A program made the position numbers and the translations under genes. A stretch of 64,000 nucleotides of DNA, from positions 192,001 through 256,000 of the forward strand of contig CAVXJH010000006.1 of the NCBI GenBank assembly GCA_963762115.1. The letters run 5' to 3'. This DNA comes from Candidatus Babeliales bacterium (GTDB lineage: Bacteria; Babelota; Babeliae; Babelales; JANWKD01). This document shows, in pieces, positions 10,183-20,842 of this stretch (its first letter is position 1; every line of letters starts with the position of its first letter). Below the pieces are notes generated by a model that was given only the letters and a program-made list of their open reading frames with translations, had not been told where the DNA came from and did no database searches.

Positions 10183-11145
10183 TTACTTCTTTCTTTGTAT
10201 GTATTCATTAACTATTTCCCATAGTTCGGGATATTTATCTTTTTCGCGCATTACTCTATTTCTTGATCCAAGTGGTATTATAGCTCCTGCATTTATTAAG
10301 AGTTTTAGAGCGTTAGCATTGTTATTATTTATTGCTATTGCTGCAGCCTGAGAAGTTGTAATACTATTAATTTTTTTTGAATAAGGACATGTCCAGTATG
10401 AAGTTGTATTGGGATTAGCACCTAACTTAATTAAAAGTTCAACTAATTCTGGTAAATGTTGTATTGCTAAAGTAAGAGCAGATTCTTTTTGATTATTAAT
10501 ATTATTTATTGAATCAAGTTTATTTTGCTTTTGTAAAATAGATATAATTCTTTTTGCAAGTTCTAAATTTTTATGTAAAATTGCTCTTTGCAAAGGAGTA
10601 AAAACATCATTATCTGGTGTACTAACGTCTAAATTTAATAGACCACCTTTTTCATTTATTAAGTTAATTAAATGAAGAGCTTCATTATCATGTTCATTAT
10701 ATATAAGTGAATTTATAGCTGTTTTACCAGATCGATCTTTAATATTTGGATCAAAGCCTAAAGTAAGTGCAGTTTCAATTTCTTTCTCAGTTTGAGCATT
10801 ATGTAATCTTGTTGGAGCAAAAGGAAGTTCTTGTTGTGCTGCTTCTCTTATTTCATGTTTTAGTTCTTCTTCTGGAATTGATTCAATAAATTCTGATAAT
10901 TCTTCTATTTCAGGAGCTATCTCTGCAATCTTTTCAGCAGCAATTTGACGTAATGAAGGAACAGTTGTTCTTCTTCGTTTAATTCGAAGTTGTTGGCAGA
11001 CATTCTCTTGTTCTTGCTCTTTTTCTTTTTCAGGCTCTTTTCGCTTTCGAGATTCTTTTTGGTATTCTTCTTGCTGGCCTTCCATTGCACAAAGTTCAAA
11101 AGATATAAAAAAGAGGGATAAAAGAATAAAAAATAGTTTTTTCAT
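10183..11145 (-). CDS. Exported ankyrin-repeat protein, third paralog of the cluster
   Basis: Same signal peptide, RKRK/KRRR, VPSLRQIAAEKIA, TRLHNA and ankyrin repeats. Confidence 0.88.
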   Translation of the reverse strand: MKKLFFILLSLFFISFELCAMEGQQEEYQKESRKRKEPEKEKEQEQENVCQQLRIKRRRTTVPSLRQIAAEKIAEIAPEIEELSEFIESIPEEELKHEIREAAQQELPFAPTRLHNAQTEKEIETALTLGFDPNIKDRSGKTAINSLIYNEHDNEALHLINLINEKGGLLNLDVSTPDNDVFTPLQRAILHKNLELAKRIISILQKQNKLDSINNINNQKESALTLAIQHLPELVELLIKLGANPNTTSYWTCPYSKKINSITTSQAAAIAINNNNANALKLLINAGAIIPLGSRNRVMREKDKYPELWEIVNEYIQRKK

Positions 11146-11258
11146 GATACGATACCTATTAAATTAATGATTGATTTAATTTTTTCTTTATAAATAATCT
11201 ATAGGTATAATTTTAACAAATTTATTATTCAAATTGCAATAATATATTCTTTTTAGAA

Positions 11259-11648
11259 TTATTGAGAAGATTTAGATAAGGTTTTTAGTTTTTTCAAATA
11301 ATGCAAATGTTTGTTGTAATATTCATTATTTTGATTTGTTAATTGATGATACTCTTGAGCAAGGCATGAATTTAAAATGATCATGGCTGGAAGAGTAAGA
11401 GAATTATATTCTTCATGTTCTAAGTCATTCCTTCTTTTCTGATTGAGTTGTGTATATTCGTTGAATTTTTTAATGTTGCTTTTCGATAACGTATAGCATG
11501 ATAAAAATTGTTCATTATTATTGTTAATTTCTTGAAGGGTAGCAATAAGAGCTCGTTGAATAGATGTATTTTGATTTTGAATATGTATCTGTTCCATTGC
11601 GGTGCATAGCATAAAGCAAAAAAACACAATAAACATATTTCTTTTCAT
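11259..11648 (-). CDS. Hypothetical exported protein
   Basis: AAGGGA RBS; signal peptide ending TA-ME. Confidence 0.65.
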   Translation of the reverse strand: MKRNMFIVFFCFMLCTAMEQIHIQNQNTSIQRALIATLQEINNNNEQFLSCYTLSKSNIKKFNEYTQLNQKRRNDLEHEEYNSLTLPAMIILNSCLAQEYHQLTNQNNEYYNKHLHYLKKLKTLSKSSQ

Positions 11649-11793
11649 TGTTTTATCCCTTAAGTAGTGTACGTTAGTTTTTTCTAGTTGCTTAGCATAT
11701 ATTCTTTTATAATTTTTACATTATCTTAGCTTTTTTAGAGAAAAAACAAGTATGATTAAATAAAGTAAATGTGATGATATAAAGGGGTTCTTA

Positions 11794-13047
11794 ATGAAAA
11801 TAATAAAAATACAGGGAAGAGAAATTTTTGATTCTCGAGGATTTCCAACACTCGAATGTGAACTCACGTTAGATGACGGTTGTTCATTTATAGCATCAGT
11901 TCCTTCAGGAGCTTCAACGGGAATTCATGAAGCAATTGAATTGCGTGATAATGATGCGCAGCGATTATTTGGTAAGGGAGTATTAAAGTCGATTGATATT
12001 CTTGAAAATGTTATAGCTCCTGCCTTGATTGGTAATGCCCCACAAGTTTGTAGCATAGATCGATTTATGATTGATCTTGATGGAACGCCAAACAAAGCAC
12101 GATTGGGTGCAAACACCATTCTATCAGCAAGTATTGCGGTTCTAAAAGCGCAGGCGCATCTTGAACAGGTTGAGCTCTATGAATGTATCGCACACCTTTA
12201 TAATGCTGAAGCGGTTATGCTGCCTATTCCTCTTTTTAATATGATCAATGGTGGTGCACATGCAGATAATAATTTGCGTATACAAGAATTTATGGTTGCT
12301 CCTCTGGGTGCTAAAAATTTTAGGCATGCATTAGAACAAGCTTCGCTCGTATTCCATCATTTAAAACGATTACTTAAAGAAGCTGGCAAAACTGTTTCTG
12401 TTGGTGATGAGGGCGGATTTGCACCTCATTTTGAACATGAAGTAGAAGCGATCGATTTTCTCTTGAAAGCAATTGATGAGGTTGGTGATCAAGATATGTT
12501 TAGAATTGCCCTTGATGTTGCAGCATCAGAATTTTATAATGCACAATCTCGCACTTATTTGTGGCATAACAAAGAATATTCATCAACTGATATGATCGCT
12601 TTTTATCAAGAATTGCTTGCGTATTATCCAATTTATTCAATTGAAGATGGTCTTGCACAAGATGATTGGGATGGTTGGATGACATTGAATCGTACACTTG
12701 GTGAAACAACACAAATTGTTGGTGATGACCTTTTTGTTACTTCAAGTTCGCGCATAATTCACGGTGTAAAAACACATGCAGCAAATGCAGCAATAATCAA
12801 ACCCAATCAAGTTGGCACGGTTACTGAAACATTGCAAGCAATTCAAACGTGCCAAGAATATGGTATGGGCACGATTATTTCGCATCGTTCAGGAGAAACT
12901 GAAGATTCGTTTATTGCTGATCTTGCTGTTGGCACGAGTGCAGGTCAAATCAAAGCAGGAAGTTGCTCACGTGGTGAACGAATGGCAAAATATAATCGTC
13001 TTTTGCGCATTGAAGATCAACTCATTTATGGATTACTTGAGGGCTAA
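11794..13047 (+). CDS. eno: Enolase
   Basis: DSRGFPT, VPSGASTG, GDEGGFAP, SHRSGETED and GQIKAG...RGERMAKYN motifs. Confidence 0.98.
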   Translation: MKIIKIQGREIFDSRGFPTLECELTLDDGCSFIASVPSGASTGIHEAIELRDNDAQRLFGKGVLKSIDILENVIAPALIGNAPQVCSIDRFMIDLDGTPNKARLGANTILSASIAVLKAQAHLEQVELYECIAHLYNAEAVMLPIPLFNMINGGAHADNNLRIQEFMVAPLGAKNFRHALEQASLVFHHLKRLLKEAGKTVSVGDEGGFAPHFEHEVEAIDFLLKAIDEVGDQDMFRIALDVAASEFYNAQSRTYLWHNKEYSSTDMIAFYQELLAYYPIYSIEDGLAQDDWDGWMTLNRTLGETTQIVGDDLFVTSSSRIIHGVKTHAANAAIIKPNQVGTVTETLQAIQTCQEYGMGTIISHRSGETEDSFIADLAVGTSAGQIKAGSCSRGERMAKYNRLLRIEDQLIYGLLEG

Positions 13048-15789
13048 CAACGGATTATTTGAATCCTGCATAAGTTGTTTTAATCGTTCAGCACGATATT
13101 GCATAGCATTATTTACTTGCTGCATCCCATTTTTTTCGGGTATCGCGTTTTCATATTCTTTATAATCATGTTGTATTCCCGATTTAATAACTTTTTCTTG
13201 CGCATTTTCATTCTCAGGAATAGCATTTTCATATTCTGTGAAATCATGTTTAATGTTAGCTTGATTGAATTCTTGCTCTGGAACGGCAATTTCATCTTTG
13301 CATGTTGCAGCTTCTTCACAATCATAGGTGACAGGAATAGTCTTATTTGTTGCATTACATGTTGGTTTTATGATGCTGCAATAGCCAGGATCATTACACA
13401 TATCACGTTTATCACTGCAACGTGAGCCACGCGCTTTACTCTCAGAGTGAACGTTCCATTCATTTTTCATTTCATGATTAACAAAATTGCCAATAACGGT
13501 ATCTGCATAGGTGAGATTTGGTTTAAAGAACCAACGAGTGACAGGATCGCGTAATGTTTCAAAAGCAAGTTCTTCAGTAAGTTCATTTTTTGCATAACAT
13601 AATTTGTCTTTTGTATAGCTGCCAATGCCGCCTTTCACCTTTGGATACATGATGCGTGGTGAAATAAAAATCATCAGATTATTTTTTGTTTTATTATCTC
13701 CTTTTCGTTTGAAGAACCAACCAAAGATAGGAATTCTACTCAATAATGGTGTTTCATTTTCACTGATTGAATCATTGAGGCTAATTAAACCACCTAACGC
13801 TAAAACTTCTCCGTTACCCACATTGGCGTTTGTTTGTACTAAACGTGTTCTTCTATTATTATTTTCGGCAAGAAATTGTTCAACTTTTACAATAATATTT
13901 AAATTAATATTATTATTATCAACACTGATACGTGGCAAAATATCAATTGAGGTAGCCGCAACAACATCATCTTTTTGGACTTTAATACCACCAGTTTGAC
14001 TTACTGCATCACCATCAACCAATCGTTGTTCGGCGATGGTGATTGAAGCTTGTCGATTATCTGCAGTCGTTATGAATGGTTGTGCAAGTAAGGTGCTGTT
14101 GGTATAAGCATCGAGAACCTGCCAAACACTCCAAATGCCGCTGTTATCAGGATCATTGAATGAGATTACCATTGATCCAACACCGCCTTCGGTGGCAAGA
14201 TTGAAGTTGCCGGTTTCGCCTTCTTGAATGCGCAATAAGTTTGCCATAAGTGCATGATTTGGATAGAACGGAATACTACCATTTGCAGTGTCTATACTGC
14301 CATTACCAGGACGAAGCACCGGAGAATCGATCATTGCTGTTTGAAAATCAACATTATCTGACCCTACGTTAAATAAACTACCTTTATTTCTCATTTGGCT
14401 GCCAAGGATTTTATCATTATTGAGCGTTAAGTCGACAACAAGAACTTCAATGGCAACTTGTGGTTGCGGTTTATCAAGGTCTTCAATGAGTGCCTTAATA
14501 CGAATCCAATCTTGTTTGCGCGCAGCAACAATAAGACGATTACCCGCTTGTTCAATACCTTGCGTTTCACCACTCACCGATTCACTACCATGAACTGCAG
14601 AAGGCGTCTCGCTTGGCGTGATTTGTGTGGCTTCGCTTTTTTTCGGTGCTTTTATGCTAAGCGTTGATTTTTCTGCAACAATGATGACATCTTGGAAATC
14701 TCGCTTTGGTCCTACTGTTTGACCTTGTGTTTGTGCTTGTCCTGTTACTGATTTGCTGATTAAATCTTGTAATATTCCTTGGAAATCTTCCGCATTAAGA
14801 TATTGCAAATCATAAATATGTAAGATTGATTCACCTGTTTCTAAGGGATGATCAATATATTTTATAATAAAATCTTTTACTGTTCTGATTGCCTTTATTG
14901 ATCCCATCACGACGATGGCATTTGTGCGTCCGAGTGCTAAGACTTTGGTGTTAGGGGGAAAGTAAGAAACTTGTTTGGTTGTTTCTCGGGTAGGGGTTGC
15001 ACTTGGTGTTGCTACAAATAATTTATTTTTAAAAAGATCTTCAACAAATGCGGCTTCTGTATAAAAAAGTGGAACAACTTCAATAGCATCGGGAATACCC
15101 TCTAAATCAAGTTCTTTGATAATAATCATTGCTGCACGAATATTGTCGGCTTTATCAGTTATAATAAGTGCATTTGTTTTATCATCACGTTTTATATCAG
15201 CCATAGGAGAAAGCATTGATTTTAAGATCGCTTCAATATTGGTACGTGTTGAATCATTGCTTAATTTTAGATTAGCAAGATAAAAAATTGTTTGTATGAC
15301 AGTGCCATCATTTGGCAAATCTTCAATTTGTGGATTTTTATAAACAGTAAGGGGTTCACGTTTAATATCATTGCTTATTTTAGTGAGTATCAGAAGATCA
15401 TCGTGGGGAATCCAAGAATAACCAAGAAATTCGAGAATTTTATTAACTTCTCGCCATGCTTGATTAAGAGTGACTTTTTTGGGTAGTTGATACGTTAACT
15501 TGGTGGTTAATGCATTGGGACTTTGTGGTTGGGGTAAAATAATATTAACTTTTTTTTCAGCTGCATATTCATTAATGACATCAGAAAGGGGAATATCTTT
15601 ATAGTTAAAAGAATATAGTTTTTTGGGTGCTTCTTGTGGAGCATCAGCTTTTGATTCGCTCGTATTTGGTTGATTTAATTTTTGTTCAAGAACTTTTTTT
15701 ACTGCCGTTAGCTCTTCAGTTGCTTTAGCATATATCGCACTATGTGCTAGCAGAATAAATAATGCTTGATAGATTATTTTAGTTTTCAT
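13033..15789 (-). CDS. gspD: Type II secretion secretin GspD (second copy) with Cys-rich C-terminal extension
   Basis: N-domain repeats (TNALII, NRLIV), LDKPQPQVAIEVLVV, and LGGLI...PLLSRIPIFGWFF...LMIFISPRI. Confidence 0.9.
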   Translation of the reverse strand: MKTKIIYQALFILLAHSAIYAKATEELTAVKKVLEQKLNQPNTSESKADAPQEAPKKLYSFNYKDIPLSDVINEYAAEKKVNIILPQPQSPNALTTKLTYQLPKKVTLNQAWREVNKILEFLGYSWIPHDDLLILTKISNDIKREPLTVYKNPQIEDLPNDGTVIQTIFYLANLKLSNDSTRTNIEAILKSMLSPMADIKRDDKTNALIITDKADNIRAAMIIIKELDLEGIPDAIEVVPLFYTEAAFVEDLFKNKLFVATPSATPTRETTKQVSYFPPNTKVLALGRTNAIVVMGSIKAIRTVKDFIIKYIDHPLETGESILHIYDLQYLNAEDFQGILQDLISKSVTGQAQTQGQTVGPKRDFQDVIIVAEKSTLSIKAPKKSEATQITPSETPSAVHGSESVSGETQGIEQAGNRLIVAARKQDWIRIKALIEDLDKPQPQVAIEVLVVDLTLNNDKILGSQMRNKGSLFNVGSDNVDFQTAMIDSPVLRPGNGSIDTANGSIPFYPNHALMANLLRIQEGETGNFNLATEGGVGSMVISFNDPDNSGIWSVWQVLDAYTNSTLLAQPFITTADNRQASITIAEQRLVDGDAVSQTGGIKVQKDDVVAATSIDILPRISVDNNNINLNIIVKVEQFLAENNNRRTRLVQTNANVGNGEVLALGGLISLNDSISENETPLLSRIPIFGWFFKRKGDNKTKNNLMIFISPRIMYPKVKGGIGSYTKDKLCYAKNELTEELAFETLRDPVTRWFFKPNLTYADTVIGNFVNHEMKNEWNVHSESKARGSRCSDKRDMCNDPGYCSIIKPTCNATNKTIPVTYDCEEAATCKDEIAVPEQEFNQANIKHDFTEYENAIPENENAQEKVIKSGIQHDYKEYENAIPEKNGMQQVNNAMQYRAERLKQLMQDSNNPLLALK

Positions 15790-15800
15790 TATTTAATTCC

Positions 15801-16379
15801 TTAGCTCTCAATTTCTTTTGGTGTTTCTACTTTTGGTTCAAGGGTCGCAATAGTTAGTTTTACATTGATAGCATTTGGATTTGTTGTTGAGCGTTCAACT
15901 TCAACATCCTTTGTATAAATTCTTTCTTCAAGTTCAATAGCATGGAGCAATTCGCTCATTTTTTTTGTATTCATATTGGTAAGATTAGCATACAATGTCC
16001 ACTCAGTATAATATCCATCCAGAACTTCTTGTGACATAGTTTCAACGTCTTGTGTTTTATTACTCATGAGTCCTAATTTTTGGAGTAGTTGATCGAAATA
16101 TTGAGAAATTTTGAAGTCTTTCTCTTTTGCTAATATCGCATCAACACCTACTTGTAGTTTTTTGACCAAATCATAACGACTGACCAATTCGCGTACGGCA
16201 ACGCGATGTTTATTCACTATAGCTATGCGAGAACGTAATGAGGAAATATTTCTATAATAAAGAAATACAATGAGTCCCATAAGAGCAATCAAAACACCAA
16301 AAGCAATAAGAATGTAATTTCTAAATTCTTTTTGATCCCAGTTATCGATATAGTTCTTTAACGAAGTTAAGATATTCAT
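15801..16379 (-). CDS. gspM: GspM/PilO-like inner-membrane platform protein
   Basis: Single N-terminal TM segment, coiled coil and ferredoxin-like C-terminus; lies between the gspL-like gene and gspD. Confidence 0.65.
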   Translation of the reverse strand: MNILTSLKNYIDNWDQKEFRNYILIAFGVLIALMGLIVFLYYRNISSLRSRIAIVNKHRVAVRELVSRYDLVKKLQVGVDAILAKEKDFKISQYFDQLLQKLGLMSNKTQDVETMSQEVLDGYYTEWTLYANLTNMNTKKMSELLHAIELEERIYTKDVEVERSTTNPNAINVKLTIATLEPKVETPKEIES

Positions 16380-18013
16380 TGAGTAACACCATTTTTCTTT
16401 AAAGGCATTTGCAAGGTGAATTTTGTAGTTTGTAAACTTGGTATAGTGAGGAATAAGTTAGTATTTTTTAACTCTCTTTCAAGTATTTTGAGTGCGTCAA
16501 AATCTTTTACTTCACCTTCAAGAGTAAGACTACTTGGTTCTTGTTGACTAATGATTAATTTTGTTATTTTAAGCCCAAGAGCATTTCTATCAATCGCAGC
16601 ACTGAGTTTTTCTAAATACTTTAAGAACGATACTCTTGTTTGCTGTGAGAATGCAAACCAAATAGCTTCTTCTTCGGTAACTTTTTCTTCTGCTTCGCGT
16701 ATGCCAACAGCTACTGATTTTGCATTAGTAAGCCCAAGTTTTTTTAAAGTTGAAAGTACTTCTTGCTCGGATGCTGCTACTTCTTTTTTTACCGTTTTGG
16801 TACGGAGAAAATTATTAACAAGCAGACCGATAAAAATACAACCAATAAGGAAAAAGCTCGTAATAATTTGTTTATTAAAAAGAGAATTTTCTGATGGTGC
16901 GAATTCTTGCCTGAGTAGATTGAACTCTTGCATGCGAGGTGTTATGAGTGCCGTACTTAAGCTTACTATGGTAGATTGCGGTATTTTTTTGCCATTTTTA
17001 ACAGAAAATCCCGGAACGTCCAAAAGAGCATTTATAGCGAATAATTCAGTTGAAATACCCAATTGTTCATTAAAAAATGAAACCATGTTGGGTAATTCTG
17101 CACCATCACCTAATAATAAAATGTTATCAAGTTTTTTATGGTTTGGATTTTGTGCAATAAATGAATCTAAAGTAAATCGAATTTCATTAAGATATGAGGT
17201 TACAACAGTATGAATAGCCTTACTATAAGGATCTTCAGTGTTTTTTTCCAAACCAAATCGAATAATTTTTTCTAACGTATCTTGTGGTGTTGCCGACAAA
17301 GATTGAGCAATTGTTTTTGCCCAGTTGGTGATTCCTTTTGGCAAGGTGCGAAGTAAGGTGAGTTGTCCATCAATGACGTAGGCAATGCTGGTAAAGTTAT
17401 AGCCGAGGTCAATAATTGCTGTTGCGCCTTTTGATGATGCATAACGAGGAATTATTGTGTAGAGGCCATATAAATCAAAAAGATCAATGGTAATAGTGTT
17501 TGGCGTAACTCCTGCAGCTTGAAAATAACTTACATGCTCAATAATATGTTGTTTTTGCAGAGCACACACAAGAACTTCAGAAGTATGTTGTTCAGGATTA
17601 CTTTTTGTAATAATAAAATCAATGATTGCATCTGAGGTAGGAAATGGCAAATATGGTTCAATTTCATAATTAAGAACCATGCTAATTTTATCACTCTCTA
17701 AAAAAGGTAGTGTTAACCCTTTAAAAATAGCATTTGAGCTTGCAAGTGAAGTGCGTATTAAATCATAACGATCAGCAGTTGCAAGAATTTTTTTTATGGC
17801 CTGTGCTACACGATCAGCAAAGGGAATAGACATATCTGTTGTTAATGATTCAGTAAAAAAACGTTCTAAAGTAACTTTATTTCCGTGCATCAGTACTTGT
17901 GTAGCATGTACCGATGATTTGTTAATAGAAAATCCTATTATTCTTTGTGAAATAAGATAATTGGTACCGAATTTTTCAGGAATAAAAATATTTTTTACAA
18001 GATTAGCTATCAT
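16376..18013 (-). CDS. gspL: GspL / PilM-PilN-like fused assembly protein
   Basis: Actin-like N-domain (IIDLG, ILLLGDGA), FNLL motif before a TM segment, and periplasmic domain with LTLEG. Confidence 0.75.
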   Translation of the reverse strand: MIANLVKNIFIPEKFGTNYLISQRIIGFSINKSSVHATQVLMHGNKVTLERFFTESLTTDMSIPFADRVAQAIKKILATADRYDLIRTSLASSNAIFKGLTLPFLESDKISMVLNYEIEPYLPFPTSDAIIDFIITKSNPEQHTSEVLVCALQKQHIIEHVSYFQAAGVTPNTITIDLFDLYGLYTIIPRYASSKGATAIIDLGYNFTSIAYVIDGQLTLLRTLPKGITNWAKTIAQSLSATPQDTLEKIIRFGLEKNTEDPYSKAIHTVVTSYLNEIRFTLDSFIAQNPNHKKLDNILLLGDGAELPNMVSFFNEQLGISTELFAINALLDVPGFSVKNGKKIPQSTIVSLSTALITPRMQEFNLLRQEFAPSENSLFNKQIITSFFLIGCIFIGLLVNNFLRTKTVKKEVAASEQEVLSTLKKLGLTNAKSVAVGIREAEEKVTEEEAIWFAFSQQTRVSFLKYLEKLSAAIDRNALGLKITKLIISQQEPSSLTLEGEVKDFDALKILERELKNTNLFLTIPSLQTTKFTLQMPLKKNGVTQ

Positions 18014-20829
18014 GTTCTCACCTCGTTATCTTTAGCGTTATCGATGGGTAAGAACTCCATAATCGATTTTCGTTTTTTTTGTTGAACAGAAGGCCGTTCT
18101 CTTTGTTCATTTTGCGTTATCGCGACCGCATGGGATGACACTGCTGCAGCTTCTTCATCAGCTTCAAGTGCTTTTACGGCACGTGGTTTTTCTTGTTGCA
18201 CAAATTCAATATCTTCTTGTTCAGGTTTTTTTTGTGCTTGTTGTGCTTCTAATTTTTCTTTTTTTGCTTCTTGTTCAACGGCTAATGCATTTACATCTTC
18301 TTCATCTTCTAAATCTTCTTGTTCAAGAGGTTCTTCTAATGGGGCTTGTTCTTCATCTTCTAAGAGTGCGTTTAATTTGTCTATCGAAGACACACAATTT
18401 GATTTAGCCAGACAACGTGGCTCTCGAGCGCAGGTATATTTATCTTTGCACGTTTGACCAGTGCAACGACAACGATAAAGATCACTATCAAAAACATCAT
18501 TTATGCGACAATCAATAACCTTTCCTGGTTCCAAGCAAGGGCTTTGTGGATGCAGGAAGAATTCAACTTTTTCTGTATCTTCATCGGGTCTATCTTTGAA
18601 GAACCAACGATGAATTGGGTCACGTTGTTCATAAGGTTGTCTCATATCACGTAAAGCATTTTTAGAATAATCGGCTTTTTTCACGGTGTAATTGCCAATA
18701 CCGCCTTGAGCCATTGGTTGTACGATTTGTGGTGAAATAAAGACTAATAAATTACTCTTATTTTTTGCTTTATTTTTATTTTTAAAAAACCAACCAAGAA
18801 TGGGAACTTTGCCAAGCAAAGGAACTTCAAAAGTTGCATCACTATTTTGATTTTGTAATAAGCCGCCGATGGCAAGAATTTCTTTATTAGCAACATTTGC
18901 ACTTGTTTTAATTGTTTTAGTATTTCTTGTTGCACTTGTTGCTAGAGCATCAGTAAAGGTATCAACGTCAATTCTAATTTCAAGATTAATTATGCCATCA
19001 TTATTAATTTGTGGGGTAATTTCCACCGTTAAATTTGCTGATAAATCAGCTTGTGTTGCGACCGTAGCATTACTTTGAACCGTACCCGTTGATACACGTC
19101 TCGTTTCACCAAGCGAAACACGTGCGGTAAACTTGTTGGTTGTTGTTAAAAATGGGTATGAGACAAGACTTGAATAGGTATAGGTTTCAAGCATTTTAAA
19201 GAGGGCCCAAACACCACCAGCAATGTTGCCGCCAATAGAAAGTAATGTTGTGCCGGGGTTTTGACCTTGTGCTAATGAAATTAAATCTCCCATAAGTCCA
19301 CCACTTGCATTTGTTATTATTCCTGATGTGCCGCCGCCAGTGATGCCAGAATTTTGAAATTCAACATTTCTTGTTCCTAAGCTGCCACCAAAACCGGGAG
19401 TTTTTGTTCGTATTTGTGATCCTAATGATTTAAGTTTGGTGGTATTAACGTTAACGACCAATACTTCAATAGCAATTTGTGGCTGTTTTACATCGAGTTG
19501 TTCAATGATAGTGCGAACCTTTAAATAATCTTCTTTTTCAGCACGAATAAGCAATCTGTTGCCGGAGGGCTCAGAAATGAATTGCATTTGTCTAAAAAAT
19601 TTATTGCCATCGCGAACGCCGCCATATATTGCAGCTTTTGAGTTAGGAGCAAATGCGGTGACTTGATTGAGAATTTGTGCAATATTATCCGAATTGGCAT
19701 ATTGCAAATCATAAACATAGAGAGGTGAATATGGTTGTTGTAGTTCTGTATCAACATAATTAAGAATAAAATCTTCAACTTTTTCTATGCTTGCGCGGGT
19801 ACCAAGAATAATAAGTGCATTGGTGCGCGGTTCGGCAATAAGTTTTGTATCTTCAGGAAAATAAGCTGTTGTTGATTGTTTTTTTGCGCCGAATAATCGT
19901 GCTGCTATGCCAGTTTTTTGCTCTTCTCGCGCAACAAGATTTTCATAAAGTGATACAACATCTTCGGCATTAGCATGTTTTAATTTTAACACTGAAAGTG
20001 CTTCGGGCATACTAACATTATCAAGTTCGCTGAGTATTGCCATTATTGAACGAATGTTTGATGATTTATCTGAAAAAATTAAAGCATTTAAGTCTTCAAA
20101 AGGTTGTACGATACCACTTTTGCTTTTGAAATCTTGCGCTATGGTGTTAAGTGTTGCCAATTGACTGTTTTCAACAAAATACACAAAACGAATTTTAGTA
20201 TCGTTGTCGGGTAAATCGCGCCACTTAACCCCAATAAAAACGGGAAGTGGTGCTTGATTGGCAACATCAGCAGGTAAAACAGTATAAGAAATAGGATGAC
20301 CATCAAGATATTGATTTGGCACGAGGGTTACACCAAAAAGATCGAGAAAACTTAAAAACAAATCCCAAACTTGACGTTTAGTCATTGATTTTTGTGTTTT
20401 ATAGGTAATAAGATTGCCGGCAACTTTACCTATGGCAGGGGGGGTAAAAGCATCGCCCGTTAAAAAATTAATTTTGAATATTTTTTTTATCCAATCTAAA
20501 AGATTGAGAATATCGGTTTTATCAAGATTAACTTCAATCGTATCATTGATGTTATGTATTGCTTCTCGTGGCATAAGTGAATTTAAATCTTTTTGAAGAT
20601 GAGCTTCATCATGATCATCAATCGTGCCATCTTTTAATTTTTGTACTTCTTTTTCTTCTTTTTTTGCTATTCGTTTTTTTTGTTTTCTTTTTTTTTGACT
20701 CTCAAGAGAATCATGATCAACTTTTTGTTTATTAGTTTCAATTGCACCATGCATGGTAAAGAATGAATGCCACATGATACTATGAAAATAAAGAGTGATT
20801 AAACAAATGAGTAAGGATCTTTTTTTCAT
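18010..20829 (-). CDS. gspD: Type II secretion secretin GspD with Cys-rich and acidic C-terminal extension
   Basis: LKHANAED, EPRTNALIILG, LDVKQPQIAIEVLVV, and IGGLL...VPLLGKVPILGWFF...LLVFISPQIV. Confidence 0.92.
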   Translation of the reverse strand: MKKRSLLICLITLYFHSIMWHSFFTMHGAIETNKQKVDHDSLESQKKRKQKKRIAKKEEKEVQKLKDGTIDDHDEAHLQKDLNSLMPREAIHNINDTIEVNLDKTDILNLLDWIKKIFKINFLTGDAFTPPAIGKVAGNLITYKTQKSMTKRQVWDLFLSFLDLFGVTLVPNQYLDGHPISYTVLPADVANQAPLPVFIGVKWRDLPDNDTKIRFVYFVENSQLATLNTIAQDFKSKSGIVQPFEDLNALIFSDKSSNIRSIMAILSELDNVSMPEALSVLKLKHANAEDVVSLYENLVAREEQKTGIAARLFGAKKQSTTAYFPEDTKLIAEPRTNALIILGTRASIEKVEDFILNYVDTELQQPYSPLYVYDLQYANSDNIAQILNQVTAFAPNSKAAIYGGVRDGNKFFRQMQFISEPSGNRLLIRAEKEDYLKVRTIIEQLDVKQPQIAIEVLVVNVNTTKLKSLGSQIRTKTPGFGGSLGTRNVEFQNSGITGGGTSGIITNASGGLMGDLISLAQGQNPGTTLLSIGGNIAGGVWALFKMLETYTYSSLVSYPFLTTTNKFTARVSLGETRRVSTGTVQSNATVATQADLSANLTVEITPQINNDGIINLEIRIDVDTFTDALATSATRNTKTIKTSANVANKEILAIGGLLQNQNSDATFEVPLLGKVPILGWFFKNKNKAKNKSNLLVFISPQIVQPMAQGGIGNYTVKKADYSKNALRDMRQPYEQRDPIHRWFFKDRPDEDTEKVEFFLHPQSPCLEPGKVIDCRINDVFDSDLYRCRCTGQTCKDKYTCAREPRCLAKSNCVSSIDKLNALLEDEEQAPLEEPLEQEDLEDEEDVNALAVEQEAKKEKLEAQQAQKKPEQEDIEFVQQEKPRAVKALEADEEAAAVSSHAVAITQNEQRERPSVQQKKRKSIMEFLPIDNAKDNEVRT

Positions 20830-20842
20830 TTTTATAATCCGT

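Noticed and set aside
16551..17213. 220-aa plus-strand ORF, and similar short antisense ORFs throughout the window
   Set aside because: They lie wholly opposite well-supported genes and show no RBS or recognisable motifs.
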